DNA of 37,332 nt, from positions 1 to 37,332 of the forward strand of contig DAIDLF010000035.1 in NCBI GenBank assembly GCA_027449645.1. Reading direction: 5' to 3'. The stretch is from Candidatus Parcubacteria bacterium. Lineage in GTDB: Bacteria; Patescibacteriota; Minisyncoccia; UBA6257; 2-01-FULL-56-20. Of this stretch, positions 7,720-15,799 are shown piece after piece. The notes under the pieces are model-generated. The model was not told the origin of the DNA and did not search any database. It was given only the letters and a program-made list of their open reading frames with translations. Each line of letters starts with the position of its first letter. Positions within the stretch are counted from its first letter, which is position 1. The translations under genes and the position numbers were made by a program.

Positions 7720-7747
7720 AAAAAAAAGATCCCGCTTTCGCGGGACC
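7720..7747 (-). terminator. Rho-independent terminator after the rpsP/KH-protein unit
   Basis: The minus strand reads TCCCGC-gaaa-GCGGGA followed by T8 (A-run 7720-7727 on the plus strand). It lies about 9 nt after the KH gene stop. Confidence 0.85.
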
Positions 7748-7755
7748 TTCCCTTG

Positions 7756-8076
7756 CTATTCGTTCTCGCCGTGCGGCGCGGCGTCTCCGTCATGGCCGCC
7801 GTGCGGCGCATGCGAGCCGCCTTCCGGCTCTTCGATCTTGAGATTTACGCGGGCGTTGTTCTTGACGCCGACGATCTTGAGAAGCGAACGGATGGCTTTG
7901 GCGGTGACGCCCTGGCGTCCGACCACCTGGCCCATATCCACGGCATTCACATGAAGCGTAAGCAAAACGCCCATCTCGTCGACCTTGCGGTCAACGCGCA
8001 CATCATCCGGATGGTCAACCAGCGATTTTACCAGATATTCGAGAAATTCCTGATCTGCTGCAGGTGCGTTCGTCAT
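7756..8076 (-). CDS. KH-domain RNA-binding protein (YlqC/UPF0109 family) with a His/Gly/Asp-rich tail
   Basis: VDMGQVVGRQGVTAKAIRSLL contains the KH GxxG loop. The position immediately downstream of rpsP is the conserved rpsP-ylqC arrangement. Confidence 0.8.
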   Translation of the reverse strand: MTNAPAADQEFLEYLVKSLVDHPDDVRVDRKVDEMGVLLTLHVNAVDMGQVVGRQGVTAKAIRSLLKIVGVKNNARVNLKIEEPEGGSHAPHGGHDGDAAPHGENE

Positions 8077-8179
8077 AGGATGGTCTGAGTGTTCCGATCT
8101 TGTGCCGACCTTTCATATCACCGTTTCCGGTACAAACATCGTAAGGGGAAACTGTCCGCCGCCGCGCGGCAACCTTCGG

Positions 8180-8524
8180 TTACGCTGCCGGATTTTCCGC
8201 GGGAGCCTCGGCAGAAGCCTCTGCGGGAGCGGCTGCCGCCGCGGCGGCCTTCGCCACCGGCTTCGGCATCTTCACCGCCTTCTTGGCGATAGCAATGACT
8301 CCCTGGCTGACCAGAAGATTGTGCGCAGTGACCGTAGGCTGGGCGCCGATTTTGACCCAATGGGCCGCCCGATCCTTTTTGATGGTGACCGATTTGGTGC
8401 TCGGGTTGTAGGAACCGAGGTCCTCTACCGGAGGCGCCGCCATTTTGGACCGCTTTTCGGCGACCACGAGACGGTAGCTCGGCTGATGCTTCTTTCCTAT
8501 GCGCTGTAATTTGATAGCCAACAT
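8180..8524 (-). CDS. rpsP: 30S ribosomal protein S16 with an Ala-rich C-terminal extension
   Basis: MLAIKLQRIGKKHQPSYRLVVAEKRSK...GSYNP is the S16 signature. Start chosen at ATG 8524 (MLAIKL), not 8533, which lies inside the -10 box. Confidence 0.92.
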   Translation of the reverse strand: MLAIKLQRIGKKHQPSYRLVVAEKRSKMAAPPVEDLGSYNPSTKSVTIKKDRAAHWVKIGAQPTVTAHNLLVSQGVIAIAKKAVKMPKPVAKAAAAAAAPAEASAEAPAENPAA

Positions 8525-8531
8525 GCGTTCC

Positions 8532-8537
8532 ATTATA
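8532..8537 (-). promoter_or_regulatory. -10 box TATAAT, 7 nt upstream of the rpsP ATG
   Basis: The minus strand reads GGTATAATggaacgcATG. Confidence 0.45.
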
Positions 8538-8583
8538 CCGAATTCACGGCACAGGTCAAGGCGCCATGGGGCAAAAACCGCAG

Positions 8584-8589
8584 TATACT
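8584..8589 (+). promoter_or_regulatory. -10 box TATACT, 6 nt upstream of the murI ATG
   Basis: The plus strand reads CAGTATACTgattccATG. No convincing -35 is present. Confidence 0.4.
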
Positions 8590-8595
8590 GATTCC

Positions 8596-9414
8596 ATGAA
8601 GATCGGCATCTTTGATTCTGGCCTTGGCGGGCTTTTTACCATGCGCAGGATCGTATCGCGGCTCCCCCGCTATGATTATGTCTATCTTGGCGACACCAAG
8701 CGCATTCCTTACGGGGACCGGTCCCGGGAGACGGTATACCGCTTTCTCGAGGAGGCCGTAGACTTCCTCTTCCGCCGGGACTGCGGGCTGGTGGTGGTCG
8801 CCTGCAACACGGCATCTGCCGAGGCCCTGCGCCGGATCCAAACGGAATATCTCCCCCGGCATTATCCGGACCGGAAGGTCCTTGGGGTCATCATCCCGGC
8901 CGCGGAACAGGCGGTAAAAAATCCCGGTGCGGCCCGGATCGGCATTCTCGCCACGCGCGGCACGGTCCGTTCGGGAACTTTCGCAAAAGAGGTCCGGAAG
9001 CTCCGCCGAGGGGCGCGGGTGTTCCAGAACGCCGCCCCGCTTCTCGTGCCGCTCATTGAACGCCGCGCGCCCGCGCGCGAGATCCGGCCCGCATTGCAAT
9101 CCTATCTCCAGCCCCTTCTCCGCAAACGCATCGATACGCTCATCCTCGGATGCACCCATTACGCCATCATCAAGCGCCAGGCGAAAGCGATATGCGGCCC
9201 GCAGATCAGGATCATTGCCCAGGACGAGATCCTCCCGGCAAAACTCGCCGCCTATCTGCGGCGGCATCCCGAGGTGGAGACCAGGCTCGGCAAAGGCCAT
9301 TCGCGACGGTTTCTCGTCACCGACCTCATGGATGCCACGAAAATCCTGGCGCAGAAATGGTTTCAGGGTCCGGTCGCTTTTACCATCGTGCGCCTGCCGG
9401 AACAGGCCGGATAA
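8596..9414 (+). CDS. murI: Glutamate racemase
   Basis: MKIGIFDSGLGGL, YLGDTKRIPYG, VVACNTASA and LGCTHY are the MurI catalytic-Cys motifs. Start set at MKIGIF (8596). Confidence 0.93.
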   Translation: MKIGIFDSGLGGLFTMRRIVSRLPRYDYVYLGDTKRIPYGDRSRETVYRFLEEAVDFLFRRDCGLVVVACNTASAEALRRIQTEYLPRHYPDRKVLGVIIPAAEQAVKNPGAARIGILATRGTVRSGTFAKEVRKLRRGARVFQNAAPLLVPLIERRAPAREIRPALQSYLQPLLRKRIDTLILGCTHYAIIKRQAKAICGPQIRIIAQDEILPAKLAAYLRRHPEVETRLGKGHSRRFLVTDLMDATKILAQKWFQGPVAFTIVRLPEQAG

Positions 9415-9432
9415 AAAAGATCGGACAAAAAA

Positions 9433-9470
9433 GGCGCAGCGCCCCTGAGAGCGCCGCGTCTTTTTCTTTT
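9433..9470. terminator. Possible bidirectional terminator between convergent murI and the membrane-protein gene
   Basis: GGCGC (9433-9437) can pair with GCGCC (9451-9455). The element is flanked by an A-run upstream and TCTTTTTCTTTT downstream. The stem is short and the loop long, so this is weak. Confidence 0.35.
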
Positions 9471-9486
9471 CTGCTATCTGCCCTTT

Positions 9487-10170
9487 TTAGTGCGCCTCCG
9501 TCCGCTCGCGCAGCTTGTTGAGCAGATGGTTCGCATAATCCTTGCCGCCGAGGCCGAAGGCCAGGCCGCCGGCGAGCGCGAGCATGGCAATGAAGCCCGT
9601 GATCAGGGTCTGCACGATCGCCGATGCAATGTTCAATTGCGTGAGCGCCGCGAAGAAGCCGAGGATCACGACCACCCACCACACCAGCGTCCCGAGGAAA
9701 TGCGCCGCATGGAGCTGGGCCGAGAGCACGGACGCCGTCACCACGCGCCGCAGGAAATGCCCGAGCACGAGCGAGGCGAGAAGGATGAGCACTGCCGCGA
9801 TCACGTTCGGCAGGTAATTGAGCACCATCGTCAGGAACCCGGAGAGCGCGTAGAGTCCGAGGCTGTCGGACACCGCGAGCAGGAATGCCACGATGATGAA
9901 CCAATAGACCAGCCGCCCGAGGAAATACGCCACGCGGACCCGCAGTCCCGCCCGCTCGAAGATCGGCTTCACGCCGAGCTTCTCCAGGAACGGATCGAGC
10001 CGCACCGCCTCAAATATCTTCTCCACGAGCGCGCCGAGGCCTGCGGCTACGATGAGCCCGACGACCAGCACGATGAGCGCGGCCACGAGGTTCGGGATGA
10101 AACTCGCAAAGCCGGCCCACAGATTCACGAAGGACCCCATCAGGATGTCGCTCCAACTTTGTACTGCCAT
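9487..10170 (-). CDS. Polytopic membrane protein (about 5-6 TM helices), function unknown
   Basis: 227-aa ORF with repeated long hydrophobic helices (IPNLVAALIVLVVGLIVAAGL, LVYWFIIVAFLLAV, VIAAVLILLASLVLG, LVWWVVVILGFFAAL, ITGFIAMLALAGGLAFGLGG). No catalytic motif recognised. Confidence 0.7.
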   Translation of the reverse strand: MAVQSWSDILMGSFVNLWAGFASFIPNLVAALIVLVVGLIVAAGLGALVEKIFEAVRLDPFLEKLGVKPIFERAGLRVRVAYFLGRLVYWFIIVAFLLAVSDSLGLYALSGFLTMVLNYLPNVIAAVLILLASLVLGHFLRRVVTASVLSAQLHAAHFLGTLVWWVVVILGFFAALTQLNIASAIVQTLITGFIAMLALAGGLAFGLGGKDYANHLLNKLRERTEAH

Positions 10171-10220
10171 AAATGATGTTGATAAATCAGAATGTTAATG
10201 TTTGCGGTTCGACCTTTCTC

Positions 10221-10249
10221 TTGATTCCATTATACCAAATCGGTATACT
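10221..10249 (+). promoter_or_regulatory. Candidate promoter TTGATT-17-TATACT for tRNA-Ala
   Basis: TTGATT at 10221-10226 and TATACT at 10244-10249, about 50 nt upstream of the tRNA. A TGgTATAAT box on the opposite strand (10229-10237) overlaps it and may serve the divergent membrane-protein gene. Confidence 0.45.
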
Positions 10250-10302
10250 GTGAGGTGTTGAAAAGGTCCTTGAACGCGCTTCGCTGCCGATCCATATCTT
10301 AT

Positions 10303-10373
10303 GGGCCCGTAGTTAAGTGGTATAACGCGGCATTCGCATTGCTGAGGCGGGAGTTCGATTCTCCCCGGGTCCA
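10303..10373 (+). tRNA. tRNA-Ala (anticodon CGC)
   Basis: Manual cloverleaf: acceptor GGGCCCG/CGGGTCC with the G3:U70 alanine identity pair, D stem GTTA/TAAC, anticodon arm CGGCA-TTCGCAT-TGCTG, T arm GGGAG-TTCGATT-CTCCC, discriminator A. No encoded CCA. Confidence 0.9.
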
Positions 10374-10403
10374 CACTCAGGCGAAACGCGTTCAGGAACA
10401 GGG

Positions 10404-12632
10404 CTAGGCAGCCTCTTCCCTCTCCAGTTTGAGCGAGACGATTTTTGAGCTGCCATCCTCGGCAAGGGTCACGCCATAGAGGATCTCGGCGGCCTCCATC
10501 GTGGCGCGGTTGTGTGTGACCACGATGAATTGGGTCTGCTTGGAGAATTCCTTGAGCATCTCGCCGAACCGGCGCGCGTTGCGCTCGTCAAGCGGCGCAT
10601 CGATCTCGTCGAGTACGAGAAACGGCGGCGGACTGACGGATACCATCGCAAAAAGCGCGGCGATGCCCACGAGCGACCGTTCTCCGCCGGAGAGCATGTC
10701 GAGCGAGGTGATTTTTTTGCGGGGCAACTTCACCTCGATCTCCACGCCGGGCGCGCGAAGGGCGCCGCCTTCATCTTCCCCGGCCTCCGTTTCGGCATCC
10801 TGCCCCGGCACCGCATCGGACGAGCCTTCATCCCCGTCGTCGCACGGGGCATCTTTGGTTTTCGGTTTCAGCACGCGGAGCGATGCCGATCCGCCGTCGA
10901 ACATCAGCGCAAAGAACTTTTTGAACTCTTCGTTTATCTTTGCAAGCGATTTGTCGAATTCGTTCGTGATCTTTTCCGTAAGCTCGCCGAGGAGCGACGT
11001 GAGGTCGGCGACCGCCTTCACGAGGTCCTCGGACTCCTTGAGGAGATGCTGATACCGCACCTCCGTTTCGTTCGCCTCCTTCACGAGTGCCTGGTCCACC
11101 TCGCCCATGCTCGCCAGGTCGCCGCGCAAGCGGAACATGCGGTGTTCGGCCTCGCCAAAATCGATCTTGGCTTCAGCCTGCGATGCGCCGCGGAACTCTT
11201 CCGGCCTGCGCCCGGCCTGTTCGATCTGCCGCAATACCTCTTCGCGGCGGAACTCGATCCGCTCCTTCTCAAGCAGCAGCTCACGGTTCTCCTTCTCCCA
11301 CGCATCGATCTTCCCTTGGGCAAGCTGGACATCCGCAACGGCGCCCTTGAAGGTCGCATAGAACTCCTCCTGTCCGGCCTCAAGCGAACGCTCGGTTTCG
11401 CGGAGTGCGGCAATATCCTTTTCCAATTGGGCAAGGTCCCTGGTTGCCTGTTCAAGCTCGCGGCGAAGGCCATCCGGCACGGTTGCGGCGGACGGTTCCT
11501 TTGCCGGCCTCGCATTCCCCTCTTCAAGCGCCATGGCGATCTCTTCCAGAATGTTCTCGATCGCGGCATGTACGCCAAGCGGCTCCTCGTCGAGCGCCGC
11601 CTCGAGCTCTGCCTTGATCTTCTGCACCAGATCCTTCAGCCGGTCGGCGGTCGCCGCAACGTGCGGGGATGCCGTGGCGCGCTTGGCCATCTCTATCTGC
11701 GCCTCGATGCGGCCGAGGTCCTTCTGCAGGCGGCTGCGCGTCTCCATGAGCGCCGAGACTTCCGCCTTCACGCCCACGAGCCGCTTCCGCTCCTCGGGCT
11801 GGCTTTCCTCCACTGCCGTCTGGCGCAATTCCGCAGCTTTCTTTTCTTTGGCGAGCGCCTCAAACGCCTTCTGATGCCCCGCCACGGCGCCATCCACGGC
11901 GTCGCCCTTTTTGCCCAGTTCGGCGAGCTGGAATCCAAAAAACTGGTTTTCCAGCGTGCGCAGCTCCTCCTCCAGCGCACTCCGGCGCTCCCATCGGCTC
12001 GTCTGGCGCTTGAGCGAACGCAAGTGCGGCACGATCTCTTCGATGAGCGCCTGCACCTTGTCAAGATTTATTTTGGAATTTTTCAATCTCCGCTCGGCGT
12101 CCGCCTTTTTGATCTGGTATTCGCGGAGTCCGAGGATCTCCTCTATCATTTCCCGCCGCTCAAGCGGAGTGGAACGGATGAAGACGTCGCTGTCACCCTG
12201 GCCGATGATGATAAGCCCGCGGGAGCCGAGGCGCACCTTGGCGAGAAAATCCACCAGGTCGCGCAGGAGGATCTCGGATTTGTTCAGATAATATTTGCTC
12301 TGCCCGTCGCGCGAGATCTGGCGCGAGATGACGACCTCCTCGAAATCTACCGGAAAAAACTTATGCTTATTTTCGAAATACAAGCTGGCTTGGGCCATGC
12401 CCACCCGGGCGCGCTTCTGAGTCCCCGCAAAGATGAGGTCTTCCACTTTCGCGCCGCGGAGATTCTTTGCGTCGCGTTCGCCAAGCAGCCACCGGAGCGA
12501 ATCCACAATATTGGATTTGCCCGAACCGTTCGGACCGACCACGGCCACGATGCCTGCGGGAAATTCCAGCACCGTCTTGCCGGCGAAGGATTTGAAACCG
12601 TTCAATTCGAGCTTTTTGAGAAAATTAGACAT
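10404..12632 (-). CDS. smc: SMC-family chromosome-segregation ATPase, unusually short (742 aa), no recognisable hinge domain
   Basis: The N-terminal head is FKSFAGKTVLEFPAGIVAVVGPNGSGKSNIVDSLRWLLGE (Walker A). The C-terminal head is LSGGERSLVGIAALFA (signature motif) plus FLVLDEIDAPLD (Walker B). About 390 aa of heptad-like coiled coil lie between them. Confidence 0.88.
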   Translation of the reverse strand: MSNFLKKLELNGFKSFAGKTVLEFPAGIVAVVGPNGSGKSNIVDSLRWLLGERDAKNLRGAKVEDLIFAGTQKRARVGMAQASLYFENKHKFFPVDFEEVVISRQISRDGQSKYYLNKSEILLRDLVDFLAKVRLGSRGLIIIGQGDSDVFIRSTPLERREMIEEILGLREYQIKKADAERRLKNSKINLDKVQALIEEIVPHLRSLKRQTSRWERRSALEEELRTLENQFFGFQLAELGKKGDAVDGAVAGHQKAFEALAKEKKAAELRQTAVEESQPEERKRLVGVKAEVSALMETRSRLQKDLGRIEAQIEMAKRATASPHVAATADRLKDLVQKIKAELEAALDEEPLGVHAAIENILEEIAMALEEGNARPAKEPSAATVPDGLRRELEQATRDLAQLEKDIAALRETERSLEAGQEEFYATFKGAVADVQLAQGKIDAWEKENRELLLEKERIEFRREEVLRQIEQAGRRPEEFRGASQAEAKIDFGEAEHRMFRLRGDLASMGEVDQALVKEANETEVRYQHLLKESEDLVKAVADLTSLLGELTEKITNEFDKSLAKINEEFKKFFALMFDGGSASLRVLKPKTKDAPCDDGDEGSSDAVPGQDAETEAGEDEGGALRAPGVEIEVKLPRKKITSLDMLSGGERSLVGIAALFAMVSVSPPPFLVLDEIDAPLDERNARRFGEMLKEFSKQTQFIVVTHNRATMEAAEILYGVTLAEDGSSKIVSLKLEREEAA

Positions 12633-13337
12633 CTATTTCGTGGTATGGCCTTCCTGGGAATTGCGCTCTGCCTCCTGTTCGGCTTCCGCACGCAGGGCCT
12701 CAAGCCTTTCAAGATATGCCACGGCCCGATCCCTCGCTTCTTTATCGTCTATTTTCTGGATCGCCTCTCGGAGGACGTGGTAATCCCGAGGCTCAATGCT
12801 GCCGTCCTCCCCTGCCCACCAGGGATAAAAGCTATTGTCCACATAGACCAGATTCCCTTCCTGATCTCGTCCAAAATTCCTGGGCGACGTGTCGAGCAGC
12901 ATCTCCAGCCCCGCCTCGCGCATCGTTTTGCTCAAAGCCTCAATATCGGGATCGCGGTTCAGCGATTCCATGGAGGCAAGCTCTTTATCCAATATCGCAT
13001 CATCGATTTCCCGATCGCTCTCGCCTTGATGGGATTTCATTTGCTGATGGGTGCTCAGATCGCGAAGCTCTTCGTGCTGCCGGTCAAGATGCTTCTTCTC
13101 AAGGACCATATAAGGGTTGCTCCCGCCCTCTTTTGCCGCGAGGGAAATATCGGGTATATTCCGCGGGAATAGCGCATGCAGCACCTTGGTGAGATAAAAC
13201 CTTCCCTTCATCTCCCTCGCCTCAATGGCGTCAGACCGGAATTCCGCAACAACTTTCTCCGGATCCTGCGGATGGTGATAAATGATCTTTTCCGCGCCCT
13301 CCGCGAAGTGCTCCATTTTTTCAGGATCAAATTTCAT
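12633..13337 (-). CDS. Hypothetical protein (234 aa) inserted between rnc and smc; possible atypical kinase-like fold
   Basis: ATGA overlap with the rnc stop. Its stop codon directly abuts the smc ATG. There are weak kinase-like strings (GAEKIIY...VVAEF; LLDTSPRNF; LVYVDNSF). No family firmly recognised. Confidence 0.65.
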   Translation of the reverse strand: MKFDPEKMEHFAEGAEKIIYHHPQDPEKVVAEFRSDAIEAREMKGRFYLTKVLHALFPRNIPDISLAAKEGGSNPYMVLEKKHLDRQHEELRDLSTHQQMKSHQGESDREIDDAILDKELASMESLNRDPDIEALSKTMREAGLEMLLDTSPRNFGRDQEGNLVYVDNSFYPWWAGEDGSIEPRDYHVLREAIQKIDDKEARDRAVAYLERLEALRAEAEQEAERNSQEGHTTK

Positions 13338-14023
13338 GAACGGTGTTTCTTCAGCGCGTTTTTTGCGGCGTCGATCTCCGCGTCCTGCTTGGACGCGCCT
13401 TCGCCCTGCGCGATCATCTTGTCGCCGAAATAGACGCCCATGGTGAATATCCGGCGGTGCGCAGGGCCATCCTCCATGACCAGCTTATAGGTCGGCGTAA
13501 GCCTGAGCTTTTCCTGAATGAGCTCCTGAAGCTCGCTCTTGGCGTCTTTATAGCTCTTTGTCTTGAGCACCTCGTCGAGATTCACCATCACGAACGCTTC
13601 GATGAACTTCCGCGCCGGATCAATGCCGCGATCAAGGTAGATCGCGCCGATCAGGGCTTCCATGGCGTTCGCGAGGATCACTTCGCGCGCCTTGCCGGTA
13701 TCCTTCTTTTCCCCCCGCGACATCAGGATGAAATCCTGCAGCGCGATCCGTTCGGCGACCTTCGCAAGGATCTGATAGTTCACGAGTGCGGCGCGCAATA
13801 CCGTAAGGCGCCCCTCCGGTTGGGTGGGAAACTTCTTGAACAGGGCGTCGCTCACCACGAGCTCCAGCACGGCATCGCCCAGGTACTCCAGCCGCTCATT
13901 GTGCGGCAAGGGCCATTTGGGATCTTCGTTCAGATATGAGCGGTGCGTGAGCGCTTCAGTGAGCAGATGCTTGTCCTTGAAGGAAAAACCGATATTCTTT
14001 TCGAGCGCGTCCGAGGATGCCAT
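13334..14023 (-). CDS. rnc: Ribonuclease III
   Basis: The RNase III signature NERLEYLGDAVLELVVS plus a C-terminal dsRBD (KDAKSELQELIQ...GEGASKQDAEIDAAKNAL). Confidence 0.95.
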   Translation of the reverse strand: MASSDALEKNIGFSFKDKHLLTEALTHRSYLNEDPKWPLPHNERLEYLGDAVLELVVSDALFKKFPTQPEGRLTVLRAALVNYQILAKVAERIALQDFILMSRGEKKDTGKAREVILANAMEALIGAIYLDRGIDPARKFIEAFVMVNLDEVLKTKSYKDAKSELQELIQEKLRLTPTYKLVMEDGPAHRRIFTMGVYFGDKMIAQGEGASKQDAEIDAAKNALKKHRS

Positions 14024-14029
14024 GCGTCG

Positions 14030-14509
14030 TTATTGCCTCCCGGGCTTCGCCGGAGCGGCGGGTTCAGATTTGGGCTTCAGGGGCGGCTTCTTCTCGATCG
14101 CTTCGCGATAGACGGAACCCAACACGCCATTCACGAACCGCGCGGCATTCGGACCGCCATAATTTTTGGCGAGCTCAATGGATTCGTTGATGGCCACCTT
14201 CGGCGGCACTTCCTCGGGATCGGCATATAAAAGTTCATAAAGCCCGATCCGCAGGATATTGCGGTCGATGATCGCGATCTTGTCGAGCGGCCATTCCGGT
14301 GCCGCCTTGCGCATGGTGGCATCGATGTCCTTCAGGTGCGCCGCCACGCCATGGAGGATTTTCCAGGCAAACTCAGGCTCGTCCACGCCAGGCGCGAATT
14401 CGGCCATGTTCCGCTCAAGGATCTCGGTGATATCCTTCTTTTTTCCGTAAAAATCCCATTCATAAAGGGATTGGAGCACTACGGTTCTGATTAAATGCCT
14501 TGTTGCCAT
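14030..14509 (-). CDS. nusB: Transcription antitermination factor NusB
   Basis: [53 protein letters not shown]. Confidence 0.92.
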   Translation of the reverse strand: MATRHLIRTVVLQSLYEWDFYGKKKDITEILERNMAEFAPGVDEPEFAWKILHGVAAHLKDIDATMRKAAPEWPLDKIAIIDRNILRIGLYELLYADPEEVPPKVAINESIELAKNYGGPNAARFVNGVLGSVYREAIEKKPPLKPKSEPAAPAKPGRQ

Positions 14510-14545
14510 AGCTTTGAAAAGAACCTCTTCCTGCCGCGCACGCCG

Positions 14546-14698
14546 CTACTTCTTCCCGCACGCCGCGCACGCCCGATGGGCGGCTTTTGGCGCGCCGCAA
14601 TTCTTGCAGACGAGCAAGACCTGCTTCTTCATGGCAAGATGCGAGCGCCTGCGGCCCGTCTTCCCTTTGGTATGATGCTTTATCGGTACGCCACCCAT
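14546..14698 (-). CDS. rpmF: 50S ribosomal protein L32 (50 aa; below the ORF-track length cut-off)
   Basis: My translation is MGGVPIKHHTKGKTGRRRSHLAMKKQVLLVCKNCGAPKAAHRACAACGKK. It shows the L32 pattern of a basic N-terminus with RRSH plus a CxxC...CxxC zinc ribbon. Confidence 0.85.
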   Translation of the reverse strand: MGGVPIKHHTKGKTGRRRSHLAMKKQVLLVCKNCGAPKAAHRACAACGKK

Positions 14699-14714
14699 TG
14701 GAGTAAAAGTTAAT

Positions 14715-15359
14715 TTATCGCTTTATGATAGGCTTCTTTTTGAGGAAAGTCAATCGGTGCGCTTCGCATGAGCCGTGCCTGCGGATCGCCGCACGGTGCG
14801 CCGCCGTCCCGTAGCCCTTATGCACCGCAAAACCGTACTCCGGATAACGGACGGCGAGCCTCTCCATGAACCGGTCGCGGGCCACTTTGGCAATAATGGA
14901 TGCCGCAGCCACCGCGGGCACCCGTTCATCCCCTTTGATGACGGTTTTTGCCTGTTTTTGCTGGATTTTTTGCCTATCGCGGCTGCCTAAAAACAGGCCG
15001 CCATCAAGGATGACCGGCGCCGTGCGGCACGCCGGATACTCCCGGACGAGCCGGGCATGGGCACGCAGGGCCGCACGATTCGCCGCCGCGGAAATGTTCA
15101 GGCGCTCGATCCCCCGGGGATATACCCGCGCGATGGCGAATGCCACCGACGCATGCCGCCGGAAATAATGCGCCCATTGCGTGCGGCGCGCCGGAGAGAG
15201 TTTTTTAGAATCCTTCAATGCCCCGAGGTTCGCGGCACGCACCAGCGCGGCGCCGGCGGCACCGCGCGGCAGGGCGACTGCCGCTACGACGACCGGACCG
15301 GCAAGCGCTCCCCGCCCGACCTCATCGATCCCGATGCCATAGCGCGCCTTCTGCCCCAT
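14715..15359 (-). CDS. rnhB: Ribonuclease HII
   Basis: GIDEVGRGALAGPVVVAAV, LKDSKKLS and AAASIIAKVARD are RNase HII motifs. Start set at MGQKARYGIGIDE (15359). The upstream 115 codons of the track ORF overlap the Zn-ribbon gene and look non-coding. Confidence 0.9.
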   Translation of the reverse strand: MGQKARYGIGIDEVGRGALAGPVVVAAVALPRGAAGAALVRAANLGALKDSKKLSPARRTQWAHYFRRHASVAFAIARVYPRGIERLNISAAANRAALRAHARLVREYPACRTAPVILDGGLFLGSRDRQKIQQKQAKTVIKGDERVPAVAAASIIAKVARDRFMERLAVRYPEYGFAVHKGYGTAAHRAAIRRHGSCEAHRLTFLKKKPIIKR

Positions 15360-15364
15360 TGCCG

Positions 15365-15793
15365 TCAGAGTCCGCTTCCAAAACTGCCGATATTGCCCAC
15401 GTCGGTCATGGCGGCATTGATCTGCTGGTTGATCCATACGGTAGCCAGCCAGAACGCCACGACCGATGATGCCACCAAAATGCCGAGCGCGATCCAGCCG
15501 ATCGTGCGTGCCTGCCGGTCGGATGCGCGGATATATTTCACGCCCTCCCACTTCGTGATCGCAAGATAAGCGATCCAGGGCAGGACCGCACTGAAGAGAT
15601 AGAGCAATACCTGCGCCTGGACGTCCGTGGCAATGGGCGGCACGCGAAGCTTGGCGCCGCAATTCGGACAGAAATAGAACTCCGGCTGGACCGGCAGATG
15701 GCATTGCGGGCAGATCTGCGCCCCCAAAACCTGCGAAGCCTCTGCGGGCGGCTGCGGCTGCGGTACGCTCGGAATGGTCATGGGATCTGCCAT
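15365..15793 (-). CDS. Zinc-ribbon domain membrane protein (N-terminal CPxC...CPNCG, then 2 TM)
   Basis: ICPQCHLPVQPEFYFCPNCGAKL is followed by two hydrophobic helices (VLLYLFSAVLPWIAYLAI; IGWIALGILVASSVVAFWLATVW). Confidence 0.7.
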   Translation of the reverse strand: MADPMTIPSVPQPQPPAEASQVLGAQICPQCHLPVQPEFYFCPNCGAKLRVPPIATDVQAQVLLYLFSAVLPWIAYLAITKWEGVKYIRASDRQARTIGWIALGILVASSVVAFWLATVWINQQINAAMTDVGNIGSFGSGL

Positions 15794-15799
15794 GGATAG

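Noticed and set aside
10512-13172. Very long antisense ORFs in the track. Examples: 886 aa at 10512..13172 (+), 654 aa at 19269..21233 (+), 542 aa at 4896..6524 (+), 504 aa at 33112..34626 (-), 430 aa at 17149..18441 (+), 391 aa at 30297..31472 (-), 377 aa at 23527..24660 (-), 416 aa at 236..1486 (+).
   Set aside because: Each lies opposite a gene with unmistakable conserved motifs (smc, dnaK, mnmA, ABC-F, dnaJ, tig, cysS, mrdA/mreD). Their translations are low-complexity R/A/G/H/L-rich strings with no motifs. Long open antisense frames are expected in GC-rich DNA.
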